Shown here piece after piece: positions 1 through 10,658 of a stretch of DNA of 64,000 nucleotides. The notes under the pieces are model-generated. The model was not told the origin of the DNA. It made no database searches and saw only the letters and a list, made by a program, of their open reading frames with translations. The position numbers were made by a program, and so were the translations under genes. This DNA comes from a virus. How positions within the stretch are numbered: the stretch's first letter is position 1; each line of letters begins with the position of its first letter. The stretch is taken from positions 22,330-86,329 of IMG/VR virus record IMGVR_UViG_3300032156_000003. One strand, given 5' to 3'.

Positions 1-1
1 G

Positions 2-916
2 GGACACACGGGTCTGTACGCCCTCGACACGCAGCCCGATCTTCGGATGTTTACCATCCCCGGCCAGGCGAGTGCGGCCATACACGCGGCCATAAATTCC
101 TATGCGCTGTACCGCGACTACACGTGCTACGGATTGCACCCGACGCCGACGCTAGTCCAGGCAGCGACGGCCGACCTCATGGTGGCGTGGGCGACATCCA
201 ACACTTTCGGAACCACAGAATTCGCTGCTGGTCCGGCTTGGCCGCGCGTCGCCATCGCCAACCCGAACACGACCGTCTTCGGCACCGGCCCGACAATCTA
301 TGTCGACCCGGTAATGTTTAAGATGGCCAAATTCTGCTACGTGGACGCGAACCACCCGGACAGCACGTTCACGAGCGCGGCTGGAATTAACCAGGATTCC
401 GGAACTATGACAAACGTCATCGGTCTGGAAGCTCCCGACACCGAACTGATACCCGGTCTCAGGGATCGACTCGCCGACGTCAATGTGGACCACATCAACA
501 AAGATGTGGGTACGCCGTACTACTTCGATGGTGGAGACAACTGCAAGACGACCGGAGACTGGCCTCGCCAGTGGCACGCTCGTGCTGCCATCCTGGTCAA
601 AGAGACCATCAAGAAGAACTGGGCTTGGGTCAAGCACTCCAAGAACACGTCTTCGATGCGGCAGTCGGCAGGTAGGCAGGCGAATCAGTACCTGCGCACC
701 ACGCCGGCCGAAGCCTTCGAAATCAGCACAGGAGCGGAAGACCCGAGCATCCCGGCGGGAGAACCGCTGCGCTACTGCGACACAAGCGACGCGCTGAACC
801 CTATCGAGGTGAGGCGCGCTGGCGAGTTCCACGCTACCGTGGGGCTCGGGTTCTGTGACGATGCCAAGTGGACGACCATCACCATCACTCGCACGACAGT
901 TGCGAGCGCTAGCTAA
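2..916 (+). CDS. Contractile tail sheath protein, C-terminal part (5'-truncated by window)
   Basis: Frame open from base 2. The C-terminus resembles sheath proteins (G-x-NCKT, 'AF...CD...N....RRAGEFHATVGL'). Directly upstream of the tail tube gene. Confidence 0.85.
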   Translation, partial: GHTGLYALDTQPDLRMFTIPGQASAAIHAAINSYALYRDYTCYGLHPTPTLVQAATADLMVAWATSNTFGTTEFAAGPAWPRVAIANPNTTVFGTGPTIYVDPVMFKMAKFCYVDANHPDSTFTSAAGINQDSGTMTNVIGLEAPDTELIPGLRDRLADVNVDHINKDVGTPYYFDGGDNCKTTGDWPRQWHARAAILVKETIKKNWAWVKHSKNTSSMRQSAGRQANQYLRTTPAEAFEISTGAEDPSIPAGEPLRYCDTSDALNPIEVRRAGEFHATVGLGFCDDAKWTTITITRTTVASAS

Positions 917-935
917 GGGATAGGAGGGTCATAAC

Positions 936-1391
936 ATGGCCGACCCGAAATCGTTTTTCGACCCGTTCAACTGGCGTCTCGAAGGTGGCGGTGGTGAGGT
1001 CATCGGCTGGGCTTGGGAGGCCGGTCCCTTCAAGCTGACCACGGCGACCACGGAAATCCCGGCGGGCGCGGGCGAGCTTCGTGACGTGCCGGGCACCACG
1101 AAGATGGCACAGATCGTCGTGACGGCTCCGCTGTCGACGAACCTGTCGCTGTACAACCGCTTCAAGGCGCAGCATGACGCGAGCACTGGCAAGGGCGTAT
1201 CTGAGCCCGATGTCTACGAGGACATCGACTTCGTCCAGATCGACCGCGACGGTGACGAGTTGGAGCGCATTCGCGTGTACGATTGCGTGGCCATCGATTA
1301 CGAGATGGACAACTTCAACAAGAAGTCGAACGACAAGCGCACCGAGAAGTTGACGCTGGCCGGGCGTCGGTTCGAGCGCATTCCGGCCTAG
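936..1391 (+). CDS. Tail tube protein (T4 gp19-like)
   Basis: 151 aa with GGAGG RBS, after sheath. 'IDFVQIDRDGDELERIRVYDC....YEMDNFN......EKLTLA' matches gp19-type tubes. Confidence 0.85.
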   Translation: MADPKSFFDPFNWRLEGGGGEVIGWAWEAGPFKLTTATTEIPAGAGELRDVPGTTKMAQIVVTAPLSTNLSLYNRFKAQHDASTGKGVSEPDVYEDIDFVQIDRDGDELERIRVYDCVAIDYEMDNFNKKSNDKRTEKLTLAGRRFERIPA

Positions 1392-1439
1392 TTCGTTGCC
1401 GTCTTCCCGAGGGGATCGTGAGGACAGGAGGACAATTCG

Positions 1440-2357
1440 ATGAACCCGCAAACCTTTCCGTTCAAGGTGACTCTAGACAATGGCGACGTCGTATTGTCGG
1501 TAACGCTACGGCGTCCGACAATTGATGACCAGTTCGCGTTCCGTGCGTCGTTCAGTGACGGGCTCGGCAAGGCCATCACGGGCATCCTCACGGCGTGTAC
1601 GGTTTCCGTTGAAGACCCAGGACCGTGGAGGGTCAAGCCGGGCTCAGAAGGCAAGGAGACGTCTTGCGACATCGATTGGGAGCGCGTGACGTCCGGGCTC
1701 CGCATGTGGGCGATGCTCACGCTGCGAATCAAGGGCAAGGAAGGCGGGCATCTGATACCCGTGGAACTGCTCTGCCCCATGTGCAAGCGCGGTGAAGACG
1801 AGTTCTCCGTAGACGTGGATGCGCGGCCCATAGAAGAGGGCGGAGAGTTGCTGTGGTTTGAGCCGGAGGACGGTGTGGCAGTCATCGATTCCATCATCTC
1901 GGGCACTCCGATGTCGGCTGAAATCGGTGGCATTCCCATAAAGGTCAAGCCGCCGAGCGGAACGACGGAGTTGAAACTTCAAGTCGTGTCGAAAGAGTTG
2001 CACAAGTCGCGGTCGAAGGATGCGCCGGTCAACGAGCAGACCATCTCCAACGACGTGTCGTTGCGAGGGCGTGCGTTACAAATCGCGAGCGTCGAAGGGC
2101 AGCACCCGAACGACTTGGGGCGGTGGGTCAAGACCTTACCAGAAGACCTGTATGATGAACTTGAGGCCGCCATAGAGGCGAGCGATTGGGGTGTCGATTT
2201 GTCCTTCGCGGCATCATGTCCGCGCGGTCACTCGGTAGCAGGTGAAGTCCCTTTCGTCTACCTGTTTGGACAGCCGAACACGGCCATGAAGTCGCTGCGA
2301 GACAGGCAGCGGGAGAGGGCGAAAGCGAAGAAGAATCGCCCTGTATCACCGGAATGA
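1440..2357 (+). CDS. Tail assembly chaperone / baseplate hub assembly protein with CxxC and CxxxH motifs
   Basis: Lies between tube and tape measure; CPMC and CPRGH motifs; AGGAGG RBS. Confidence 0.55.
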   Translation: MNPQTFPFKVTLDNGDVVLSVTLRRPTIDDQFAFRASFSDGLGKAITGILTACTVSVEDPGPWRVKPGSEGKETSCDIDWERVTSGLRMWAMLTLRIKGKEGGHLIPVELLCPMCKRGEDEFSVDVDARPIEEGGELLWFEPEDGVAVIDSIISGTPMSAEIGGIPIKVKPPSGTTELKLQVVSKELHKSRSKDAPVNEQTISNDVSLRGRALQIASVEGQHPNDLGRWVKTLPEDLYDELEAAIEASDWGVDLSFAASCPRGHSVAGEVPFVYLFGQPNTAMKSLRDRQRERAKAKKNRPVSPE

Positions 2358-2632
2358 TGATACCGACGACACACGGCAGCGCAGACCGCCGCGCCGTTGT
2401 CGTCGCATGTGGACCTCTGTTTCAGATTCTCGGCGAGTCGCTAGAACGCAAGGTACGTTTCCGACTGTCGTATCGGTCGGGAATCTCCGGCGGCATCATG
2501 GACTATGACAAGACGGGGGATGTGCCAGTAGGTGAGGCGCTGAAACTGTGTGAGATGACAAGCGAACGCGAGGTGGAAGACTTCAAGACCTACATGGAGT
2601 GCATTCGCGTGAGCATGTGGGGAAAGAACTAG
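2354..2632 (+). CDS. Small pre-tape-measure protein (tail chaperone partner)
   Basis: ATGA overlap with previous gene; abuts the tape measure gene. Confidence 0.5.
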   Translation: MMIPTTHGSADRRAVVVACGPLFQILGESLERKVRFRLSYRSGISGGIMDYDKTGDVPVGEALKLCEMTSEREVEDFKTYMECIRVSMWGKN

Positions 2633-5167
2633 ATGCGTACCATCTTCGACATCATAGCGCGAGACAACGCTAGCGGAACGCTAAACAAAGTGGACCGCTC
2701 CATGAAGAACCTGGGGAATAGCGCGCGGACTACTGAGAAGAGTATGGGCGCAGGCGGGGCAGCGAAGGGTGGGATGTTCGGTCCCGGTGTCGGTGGTCCG
2801 ATTGGGAAGATGCTGACTGGCGGAGCTATGATGGCGGGTGGCGACAAGATGGCGGACTTCGCCGTCAACGTCGCGCGCAGTTCTCGTACCATGGAGAACG
2901 CGATCGGCACGATGAAAGCCTACGGGGCAACCGAGGCGGACATCAACCGCGTGAGGGACGCGGCGTTCAAGTCGGGTTTCAATATCGACCGAGCGGCTGA
3001 ATCGATGGCTCAGTTTGCGCGAGAAGGGTACAACGCTACGCAGTCGGCTCAAATGCTGACACCGGCAATGCAAATGATGAAGTTCGGTCAGATGGGAGCG
3101 GAGGAGTCTTCGAAGTTCCTCGCCGATACACTCGACCAATTCAGCCTTTCGGCGGACCACGGGCAGGACATCACGAACAAGATGGCCGTGGCGATGAAAA
3201 TGTTCGGAGTTCAGGGGCCGGAACTCGCGGAGATGTTCAAGGGCGCGGCGTCCGGTGCTCAATTGGCCGGAGCCGGATTCGAAGACGTGCTGCTCACCAC
3301 GGGCATGATAAAGAAGGTGTTCCCGAGCGCGACGAAAGCGGCGATGGCGGCCGGACAAGCGTTCACGCAACTCGCCGATAAGAAGGTCCGCAAGGAGCTT
3401 CACGCACAAGGAGTGGAAGTTCTCGACGCAAACAAGAAGTTCAAGCCGTTGACGACAATCCTCGCCGAACTGCTCACGAAGACGTCGAAGATGACGGAAT
3501 CGCAGCGGGCGTCCGCGTTGGCCTCTGTGTTTTCCAAGCGCTCCGCCGGTGGTCTCTCCGTCATCATGGACCAACTGGCGAACGGTGTGACGGACGCCAC
3601 GGGGAAGATTTACAAGGGCGCGGATGCGGCAACCTACCTCGCTTCGCAGATGGCCAATTCAGAGGGAGCGGCAGCGGCGATGCGTGAAGCTATCCTGAAC
3701 ACGACAGCCGGGGCAGACGAAGCGTTCGCCAACTCTAAAACACGCATGAACGAGACGTTTGGCAGCGCCACCCAAGGCATCTACATCAAGGCCATGCGGG
3801 CGCTCGCGGGCGGGGTGAACGCCACGGCCGATGCGATGAACTCGCTTCCGCCTATCGCGCGCACCATCGTTGTCGGGCTGACCGGTGTCACGGGAGTCTT
3901 CATCAAGGCGCTCGGCGCGTGCATCCTTCTCGGGGGTGCCATGCGGATGCTCGGAATTACGTTCCGAGGATTGCTGTTCACGGTGGGCAAGGTGCTTCTA
4001 GTTGGAATTCCATTGCTAGGGTTGCTTGGAGCCATCGGTGTCGGGTTCTATGGGATGCATCGTGCGGCTGAAAAGAACGTCGGCGGTACTGGTGGTTTCT
4101 TCACGGGTCTGTGGTCGAAAATAAAACTCGGGTTCAAGGGCACGCTTGACCTCATCTCTGGTGGTGGATTGAGCGAGGCGGTCAAGAAGGACTTGCAGAA
4201 GTCTGAAAACAGCGGTGTGGCGAAGTTTCTCGTGTGGGTCACGGGTGCTATCGGGCGCGCAAAGGCGTTCTTCCAAGGCATGGTAGAAGGGTTTGATGCA
4301 GGTTTGGCAAAACTGGACGGACCGTTCTCTCGTTTCAAGTCAACGCTCATGGGGATCTTTGGTTTTAGCGATACGAGCGACCCAGCAAAGCAGATGGACG
4401 AATGGAAGAATGCTGGGGCTAGTCTAGGAGGTGGACTCGCCGAGTTGTCGGCGACTGTCATGGACCTTTCAACGCGTGCGCTTGGTTCTCTCAAGCAAGT
4501 TTTCAAGGACATCTCACTCAAGGACGTAGCGTCTGGACTGAAAACCATCGTGAGTCTTTTTCAAACAATGGCCAAGGCGGCGCAGTGGGTTGCGGATGCT
4601 TTCACAACAGTCGTCGATATGAAGAACGCAGCCTTCACTATCGGCAAGGGTGCTGAGAACATGAGCGCCGCCGAAATGCTTGGAGTAACGCGCGGGGCAG
4701 GAGGATTGCAGGCTAGAAAGAATCTGGCTATGTCCTTCGAAAACACGGACATGATGGTCCAGTTGGGTTTGATCGACAAGGCCGCCGGACAGGCGCAGAA
4801 AGTGTCGGCGTACAAATTTCAGTCCGGTGTATCCACGGTTGGGAATATCGAAACACTAAAAGGTATCGGAGATTTTTTCAAAGGTCCATCTGACAAGATA
4901 GCTTCTAAACTTACTGGAATACCAGTTGAACAATTTGGTGGAAATCGCGGTGGTCCAAACAATACGGCGGAACTAGCGCAGAAAAAAATAGGCGACGGTC
5001 TAATGAGCACGGCAGCCGCGTTGAGCAAACTTGCAGATATGGGATTCCAGGTAAATGTTGATGGTCAGACATTTGGCAAGGTTGTGTCCAACGTAAAACA
5101 TGAATCTGATGAACGTAGTTATCAAGAAGATCCTTTTCCGTCCGAACCTGTTACGGTTTGGAGATAG
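2633..5167 (+). CDS. Tail tape measure protein (TP901-like core)
   Basis: 844 aa, Ala/Gly-rich helical, N-terminal 'IIARDNASGTL', 'GVEVLDANKKFKPLTTILAEL' motif, central hydrophobic segments. Confidence 0.92.
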   Translation: MRTIFDIIARDNASGTLNKVDRSMKNLGNSARTTEKSMGAGGAAKGGMFGPGVGGPIGKMLTGGAMMAGGDKMADFAVNVARSSRTMENAIGTMKAYGATEADINRVRDAAFKSGFNIDRAAESMAQFAREGYNATQSAQMLTPAMQMMKFGQMGAEESSKFLADTLDQFSLSADHGQDITNKMAVAMKMFGVQGPELAEMFKGAASGAQLAGAGFEDVLLTTGMIKKVFPSATKAAMAAGQAFTQLADKKVRKELHAQGVEVLDANKKFKPLTTILAELLTKTSKMTESQRASALASVFSKRSAGGLSVIMDQLANGVTDATGKIYKGADAATYLASQMANSEGAAAAMREAILNTTAGADEAFANSKTRMNETFGSATQGIYIKAMRALAGGVNATADAMNSLPPIARTIVVGLTGVTGVFIKALGACILLGGAMRMLGITFRGLLFTVGKVLLVGIPLLGLLGAIGVGFYGMHRAAEKNVGGTGGFFTGLWSKIKLGFKGTLDLISGGGLSEAVKKDLQKSENSGVAKFLVWVTGAIGRAKAFFQGMVEGFDAGLAKLDGPFSRFKSTLMGIFGFSDTSDPAKQMDEWKNAGASLGGGLAELSATVMDLSTRALGSLKQVFKDISLKDVASGLKTIVSLFQTMAKAAQWVADAFTTVVDMKNAAFTIGKGAENMSAAEMLGVTRGAGGLQARKNLAMSFENTDMMVQLGLIDKAAGQAQKVSAYKFQSGVSTVGNIETLKGIGDFFKGPSDKIASKLTGIPVEQFGGNRGGPNNTAELAQKKIGDGLMSTAAALSKLADMGFQVNVDGQTFGKVVSNVKHESDERSYQEDPFPSEPVTVWR

Positions 5168-5170
5168 ACT

Positions 5171-5695
5171 ATGCCGATAGCAGCCGATGACGAACGAAGC
5201 GAGTTGGTGAACCTCGAAACGATGGACAGCATCTCGTTTCAGCTGACTCCCCATGTCATCTCGCCGAGTGTCAGCGTGAATTACAACGACCAGGGCGGAA
5301 TCGGCGCTTCGTCTGTCAATCAGGTCTACAGCAACACGAGCGCAGAAGAAATTACGGTTGAGTTCCCGTACTACCGAGTGGGTTTGGCGAACGCGGGTGG
5401 GATGTCCGTTGAGGCGGCAACTGCGGCGATGGATAGGCACCGCGACTTCGTGCGCTCGCTCACGTTGCCGGGTACGCGGTCGGATGGCTTGAGCAAGGGC
5501 GCACCACCTCTGTGTCTTCTCACGATACCGGGTCACCTTGTGTGGAAGTGCCGCGTGCGGTCGTTTAAGTACGACCGCCGCATCGGGCAAGACGGGAAGG
5601 CCATGGAACTGAAACTGAACATCACGTTCCGCGAAGAGTGGACCACGGCGCTGTCGAGCGAAGACATCTTGGAGAAGGGCTACAACCGTGGCTGA
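5171..5695 (+). CDS. Tail tube initiator / CIS tube-like protein
   Basis: Follows TMP; 'APPLCLLT.PG......V.S...........G....L.LNITFRE' pattern. Confidence 0.65.
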   Translation: MPIAADDERSELVNLETMDSISFQLTPHVISPSVSVNYNDQGGIGASSVNQVYSNTSAEEITVEFPYYRVGLANAGGMSVEAATAAMDRHRDFVRSLTLPGTRSDGLSKGAPPLCLLTIPGHLVWKCRVRSFKYDRRIGQDGKAMELKLNITFREEWTTALSSEDILEKGYNRG

Positions 5696-6032
5696 GAACG
5701 TCAAAACCTACAGCCGATTTCGAAGTTGCTTCGAGACGACCGACGATGACGGCGTGCTATTCACGGTGGACGACACGCCGTTCTCGTACACGGACCTCGC
5801 GGACAACTCGACTTACGAGGTAAAGGCGGGCGATACGTGGTGGTCCATCGCGGATGAAGTCTTCGCCCCACTCGACTACTCGTTTCAACTTTGGTGGGTC
5901 ATCATGGACTTTCAGCCGGAGCCGTACCTTGACCCCACGGTAATGCCGACGGCGGGCACGGTGCTCTACATCCCGAGCGTCAAGACGGTCACGTCCAAGA
6001 TTCTTAGTCCCGAGCGCAGGCGGTATTCGTAA
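5688..6032 (+). CDS. LysM-domain baseplate protein (gpX / gp53-like)
   Basis: 'YEVKAGDTWWSIA....LWWVIMD..P......GTVLYIP' LysM signature. Confidence 0.85.
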   Translation: MAENVKTYSRFRSCFETTDDDGVLFTVDDTPFSYTDLADNSTYEVKAGDTWWSIADEVFAPLDYSFQLWWVIMDFQPEPYLDPTVMPTAGTVLYIPSVKTVTSKILSPERRRYS

Positions 6033-7405
6033 TGGCGACACTCGGAGGACCGGCGCTGTGGGTTGAACTCATCCAATCGGATGAGGGCGACCGCGTCATC
6101 GAAATCCCGGTGAACGCGCTGGCGTCTTTCGAGTTCACGGACACGGACGAAGGGACGGACGTCGCGAAGCTGTCGCTCCGAAACGATGACATGCGGTGGT
6201 ACGACGAAGAGGCGTTCCGAGCCGGGCAGAAAATCAACCTCACGTGGGGGTGGGAATCCGGCATGTGTACGCCTCGGCGCATGGTCGTCAAGAAGCCTTC
6301 GCAGGGGTCCAACCCCATCACCATCACCATGCACGACGAAGGCGCGTTGCTCGACATCGTGCCGAAGAAACGCCACTGGGCGGGCATGACGGACGGTCAG
6401 ATAGCGTCGGCAATCGCCGACGAAAACGGGTACTCTGGAATCCTTCAAGACATCTCGATAACGACCGCCGTGCGTGAGGGGACAACGCAGGTCGGTACCG
6501 ACGCAGCGTTTCTCACGACGCTCGCACGGCGCAACGGGTTCAAGTGGTGGGTGGATGGTACGGGGTTGCATTGGGGCAACCGACCGACGGGCGCAACGCC
6601 GTCTGCGTTCTTCATCTATCGAAACGACCTGAGCGGGAACGTACTGTCGCAACCTGAAATCGAGGCGAATCTTTCGAAGGACGTCGCCAAGGTCAAGGTC
6701 GTGGCAATCGACCCGCTCACACGCAAGGAAGTCTCGGCGACGGTCGGAGTTGATGAAGGTGACGAGACGCTTGGTGACTACGTCAACAACATCATTTCAC
6801 TAGGCAACGAAGACGAGGTGAGCAACCCGGATTCACCGGATGGCGCGCGGTCGGCTCGCGTATCTCGCGCCGTAGAGTTCAACCTTGGGTCCGCAACCGA
6901 AGAGGAAGTGGCCACCGAGGCGGAGCGCATATACCGCGAGACGGCGATGAACCGCTACAAGATGTCCACCTCGGTGCTCGGCGACGTCGCGCTAGGTGCG
7001 AAGCAGCTTCACCACTGGACCATGCCGAGCGAGACGATGACGGGGCTCTGGTACTGTAAGAAAGCCATCACCAGTATCGAGCCGGGCAAGTACACGATCG
7101 GCCTGCACTACGTGAAGGACGCGCTCGGCAAGTTGTTCCTGTCGAAGATTCATCCGGTGTCGCGAAAGAAGAACGAACTGGACGAAAACGGAGTGCCGAT
7201 CGACAAGGACGGGCTCACGAAAAAGGCGACCTACTTCGAGGAAAATGGTAAGCCGACTGCGGCATGGCACTATGTTGACTCAAAAGACCAAACCGTCGGA
7301 AACGCCACCAAGATGAGCGTCGAGGACGTCGCTGCTCTGTCGCAGGCGGACCGCCTCGCGTTGGCGAACGCCAGCGCAGGGGCCATCATGTTGCCGGGTA
7401 AGTGA
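6032..7405 (+). CDS. Baseplate hub protein (gpD / VgrG N-terminal-like)
   Basis: Synteny; 'Q..TDAAFLTTLARRNGFKWWVDG..LHW' gpD motif. Confidence 0.85.
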   Translation: MATLGGPALWVELIQSDEGDRVIEIPVNALASFEFTDTDEGTDVAKLSLRNDDMRWYDEEAFRAGQKINLTWGWESGMCTPRRMVVKKPSQGSNPITITMHDEGALLDIVPKKRHWAGMTDGQIASAIADENGYSGILQDISITTAVREGTTQVGTDAAFLTTLARRNGFKWWVDGTGLHWGNRPTGATPSAFFIYRNDLSGNVLSQPEIEANLSKDVAKVKVVAIDPLTRKEVSATVGVDEGDETLGDYVNNIISLGNEDEVSNPDSPDGARSARVSRAVEFNLGSATEEEVATEAERIYRETAMNRYKMSTSVLGDVALGAKQLHHWTMPSETMTGLWYCKKAITSIEPGKYTIGLHYVKDALGKLFLSKIHPVSRKKNELDENGVPIDKDGLTKKATYFEENGKPTAAWHYVDSKDQTVGNATKMSVEDVAALSQADRLALANASAGAIMLPGK

Positions 7406-7406
7406 C

Positions 7407-7961
7407 ATGAGCGACGCACTTCACGGCACCTACGAGGGCTTCGTTATCAAGCGCGAAGAGGGCGACGCGGCGACTGATACCCCGCTCGGACGCATCAAGA
7501 TTCGCATCCCCGGCATGATGGAAGAGACGTCGTGGGCCTACCCGAGCGGATGGGGGAAGAACCAAAACGGACCCGTTCCGCAACTCGGCGACATGGTCGA
7601 GGTATTCTTCATCGCGGGGCGGCGCGACTCCCCACGGTGGCGGCCGTCGCATCCAGGGCAGGGCGAGACGTTCCCCGAGTTCGTGCATCCCGACGTCGCG
7701 GTATGGGGAGATGATAACCTCCGAATCATCCGCGACCCGCGCGACGGGCAGAAGTACACGTGCATCCGCGCGATGGAGAAGGTGAACGGCGTTGACGATG
7801 TGCTCGTCGAAATCTTCATCTCTCACGAAGGGCGCGCGCTTCGCATATACGGAGGTGCAGGGATAAAAATCGAGAGTGAGGGGGAGTTGTCCATAGATTC
7901 GAGTGGCGACGTTGACGTGCAAGGTCGGAAGGTCTTGCCGCGCAACAAGCCGCTCGCGTGA
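7407..7961 (+). CDS. Baseplate spike protein (gpV / gp5 OB-fold)
   Basis: 'LGRIKIRIP....SWA.P......VPQLGDMVEVFFIAG...PRW' OB-fold motif. Confidence 0.85.
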   Translation: MSDALHGTYEGFVIKREEGDAATDTPLGRIKIRIPGMMEETSWAYPSGWGKNQNGPVPQLGDMVEVFFIAGRRDSPRWRPSHPGQGETFPEFVHPDVAVWGDDNLRIIRDPRDGQKYTCIRAMEKVNGVDDVLVEIFISHEGRALRIYGGAGIKIESEGELSIDSSGDVDVQGRKVLPRNKPLA

Positions 7962-7969
7962 GGTAGAAC

Positions 7970-8758
7970 GTGGCAGCGCCGAACGTCTGGAAGCCGGTCA
8001 ACGATTTGGTGTGTCCGTTCCTGACACCCGTTGGGAGCATCGATGACATCTGCTTTCCGGGCGGTCTGTGTCTCTCTGCAATTCGCCCGCCGGACGATTA
8101 CCCGCGCATCTCCGATCTAGTCATGGCGCAGTTGGCGCAGATCGGCCCGGCGATGGCACCGCTCAAGCCGTTCTTCGACGTGCTCGATACGGCGCTGGCC
8201 ATCTTCAAGTGCATCGAGGCGATACCGGATTGCATCACCAAACTGGACCCAAGCGGGCTCATTAATTGCATTCCAGACCTCGTGGAGAAAATCAACCAAC
8301 TGCTCTCGCTGATACCACAGCTGACGATACCGCGCCTCATCATCCAGTTGATTCGCAACCTCGCGGCGTTTCTGCGGTCGCTTGCCGATGACCTGGACTA
8401 CCTCAAGCAACGGCTGGCGATGGTGGCACAGGCTATCAGCCGTGCGGCGGACCTGAACGACGTGACGTGGAGCGGTTTTCTGCAATGTGCAGAGCAAACC
8501 GTTACGGATGAATTGGATGCGTTGGCGCAGGCGTTACAGATGCTGGGCCGTATCATTCTGCTCGCCAATATCATGCTCTCTTTGATTTCCGGTGCGCCTG
8601 AGATTCCGTGCTTTGGTACAATGATGCAAGACATTGCCGTGCTTGATGATGTCATCGCGGCGATTCGCGCTCTGGCTGCGTTGCTCGAAGAATTGGCGAA
8701 CAAGATACCTGACCCGGAGATGGCAATAACTCTGCTGCTCAAGGGCGAGAAATGTTGA
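7970..8758 (+). CDS. Hypothetical helical protein in baseplate module
   Basis: GTG start with GAGG RBS; co-linear in the operon; function unknown. Confidence 0.6.
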   Translation: MAAPNVWKPVNDLVCPFLTPVGSIDDICFPGGLCLSAIRPPDDYPRISDLVMAQLAQIGPAMAPLKPFFDVLDTALAIFKCIEAIPDCITKLDPSGLINCIPDLVEKINQLLSLIPQLTIPRLIIQLIRNLAAFLRSLADDLDYLKQRLAMVAQAISRAADLNDVTWSGFLQCAEQTVTDELDALAQALQMLGRIILLANIMLSLISGAPEIPCFGTMMQDIAVLDDVIAAIRALAALLEELANKIPDPEMAITLLLKGEKC

Positions 8759-8765
8759 GGTCGAC

Positions 8766-9152
8766 ATGAGCGACGAGGAAGGACGGTTTGGGGTTGGATT
8801 GGCGATGCCGTTTGGCTTCGCATCCACTGACTTAAAGCAGGCTACGGGGACGCGGTTGCTTGAGATGAACCTCACCTTGGAGGTCGGAACGAAGCGTGGA
8901 GAACTCCCGTGGGATATGCACAGAGGTTCTCGCCTACACTTGCTCAAGCACACGAAAGTAGGGAAGACGGCTCGTATCGCATTGGCCGGATACCTCATGC
9001 AAGAAGCGCTTGCGTCTGACAATCGGATACGAGCTGGTGCAACCGAAGTGACCGGAACGGGTGGAGAGTTGCGGGTATCGACGGCATACGTTGAGCGTCG
9101 GTACAATGGAAGTGGCGGCGAGGGTCGGATAGATTACGAGGTGCCTGCGTGA
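8766..9152 (+). CDS. Baseplate wedge protein (gp25 / gpW-like)
   Basis: 'G.GLAMPF...T..GELPW....GSRL..L' motif; precedes baseplate J. Confidence 0.85.
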   Translation: MSDEEGRFGVGLAMPFGFASTDLKQATGTRLLEMNLTLEVGTKRGELPWDMHRGSRLHLLKHTKVGKTARIALAGYLMQEALASDNRIRAGATEVTGTGGELRVSTAYVERRYNGSGGEGRIDYEVPA

Positions 9153-10657
9153 CATTCGAAGCCGAAAATTACGACCACACGGGGCGCGATCAACCAGCTC
9201 TTGACGCTCGTCTGCAAAGTTTGTTTTTGTCCGTGTTCCCGGCGTGGACTGATACGACAACCCGCAACATGGCAAACGTCATTCGCAGTGGTTCTGCGTG
9301 GGTCAGTTCCGTCAACGACTACTACATGACGCGCAAGGCGCGCGGTGCATACGTCCCAACGGCAACAGAACGCCGGGATATGATAGCACTCGGGAAACGC
9401 CAGAGTTACGAGATGTCGGGAGCACAGGCCGCGACGTGCGACTTGACCGCAACGCTACTCAACGGGCCTCTCGCTGGCGACGTGACGTTCTCAATTAACG
9501 ACAAGGTGCAAACCGAAGATGTCGTCAACCCTGTCATCGGTGAGGTGCAAGCGACGGTCGTCATGGCAGCAGGCGCGACCACGGCAACTCTTTCGTGGAG
9601 GCACTGTCAGTCGAAAACGCAGACGTACACCGCGACAATCAACGCGAACCAAGAAGTATTCCTATCGGAAGGTCCGTACCTTGAAGATTCAGTGGCGTTC
9701 TCCACTGGACTCGGCGCGTGGACCGAAGTCGATTCGCTCGCTCTGTCTGGACCGACAGACCGTAACTTCGAGGTGTTGGTTGACCAGAACGACCGCGCAA
9801 CGGTGCGGTTTGGCGACGGCGTTAACGGCGCCGTGCCGACCGGTACGTTCACCATCTCCTACAAGACGGGAGGAGGGTTGACCGGGAATGTCGCCGAGAA
9901 TACCATCAAGAAGTTCGGCAAGACCTACGCCGACACGTTCGGGACACAGGCCATCTTTTCGGTTACGAACGCGGCGAAGGCGTCCGGAGGACTTGCACGC
10001 GAGACTGTCAATGCAGCTCGACAGCAAATCCCGTTGTCGAACACGTCTCCACGAACGACCGTAACCAGGTCCGATTTCGAGGTGCACGCTCTTGAAGTGC
10101 CGTCTGTTGCCCGAGCTCTCATGCTGTCGAGTGACGAGGACCTTGCAATCCCGGAAGTGGAAGGACGATTATACGTCGTTCCGGCGGGAGGTGGTGTGGC
10201 GAGTCAGGCTCTTCTCGACTCGGTCGAGACGATGGTCACAGTCACGTATCCTATGCTCACGAACTACAGCGTGCTCATCTCGACAGCAAGCTACCTCACA
10301 GTGAACGTGCGCGCCGTCATCTGGATTGCGGCGAACTACTCGGCGACGGCTGTCAAGACGGCTATACTCGCGGCGCTCGCTGCCTACTTCAACCCACTGT
10401 CCACGGACGGTAGCGCAAACACGCTAATCGATTTCGGCTACAACTATCGCGACGTCAACGACCTACCGTGTGGTGAAATTGCTCTATCGGATCTGTTCAA
10501 CCTCATCCGCGATATTCCTGGAGTGAGGAAAATCGGCACGGGACTAGACGATTTCACGCTGAACGGCGCGCACTCGGACCCGCCGATCTCAAATTGGCAG
10601 TTTCCAGAACTCGGTTCTGTCGTGTTGGTCAACGGCGCGACTGGAAATGTGATTTGA
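9149..10657 (+). CDS. Baseplate J-like wedge protein
   Basis: 'VRFGDGVNGAVP...Y.TGGG..GNV', 'A.GG...ET', 'R.TVTRSDFE..AL....VARA'. Confidence 0.92.
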   Translation: MTFEAENYDHTGRDQPALDARLQSLFLSVFPAWTDTTTRNMANVIRSGSAWVSSVNDYYMTRKARGAYVPTATERRDMIALGKRQSYEMSGAQAATCDLTATLLNGPLAGDVTFSINDKVQTEDVVNPVIGEVQATVVMAAGATTATLSWRHCQSKTQTYTATINANQEVFLSEGPYLEDSVAFSTGLGAWTEVDSLALSGPTDRNFEVLVDQNDRATVRFGDGVNGAVPTGTFTISYKTGGGLTGNVAENTIKKFGKTYADTFGTQAIFSVTNAAKASGGLARETVNAARQQIPLSNTSPRTTVTRSDFEVHALEVPSVARALMLSSDEDLAIPEVEGRLYVVPAGGGVASQALLDSVETMVTVTYPMLTNYSVLISTASYLTVNVRAVIWIAANYSATAVKTAILAALAAYFNPLSTDGSANTLIDFGYNYRDVNDLPCGEIALSDLFNLIRDIPGVRKIGTGLDDFTLNGAHSDPPISNWQFPELGSVVLVNGATGNVI

Positions 10658-10658
10658 C

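Noticed and set aside
2320-2360. Programmed -1 frameshift in the tail chaperone
   Set aside because: No X-XXY-YYZ slippery heptamer near the end of 1440-2357.
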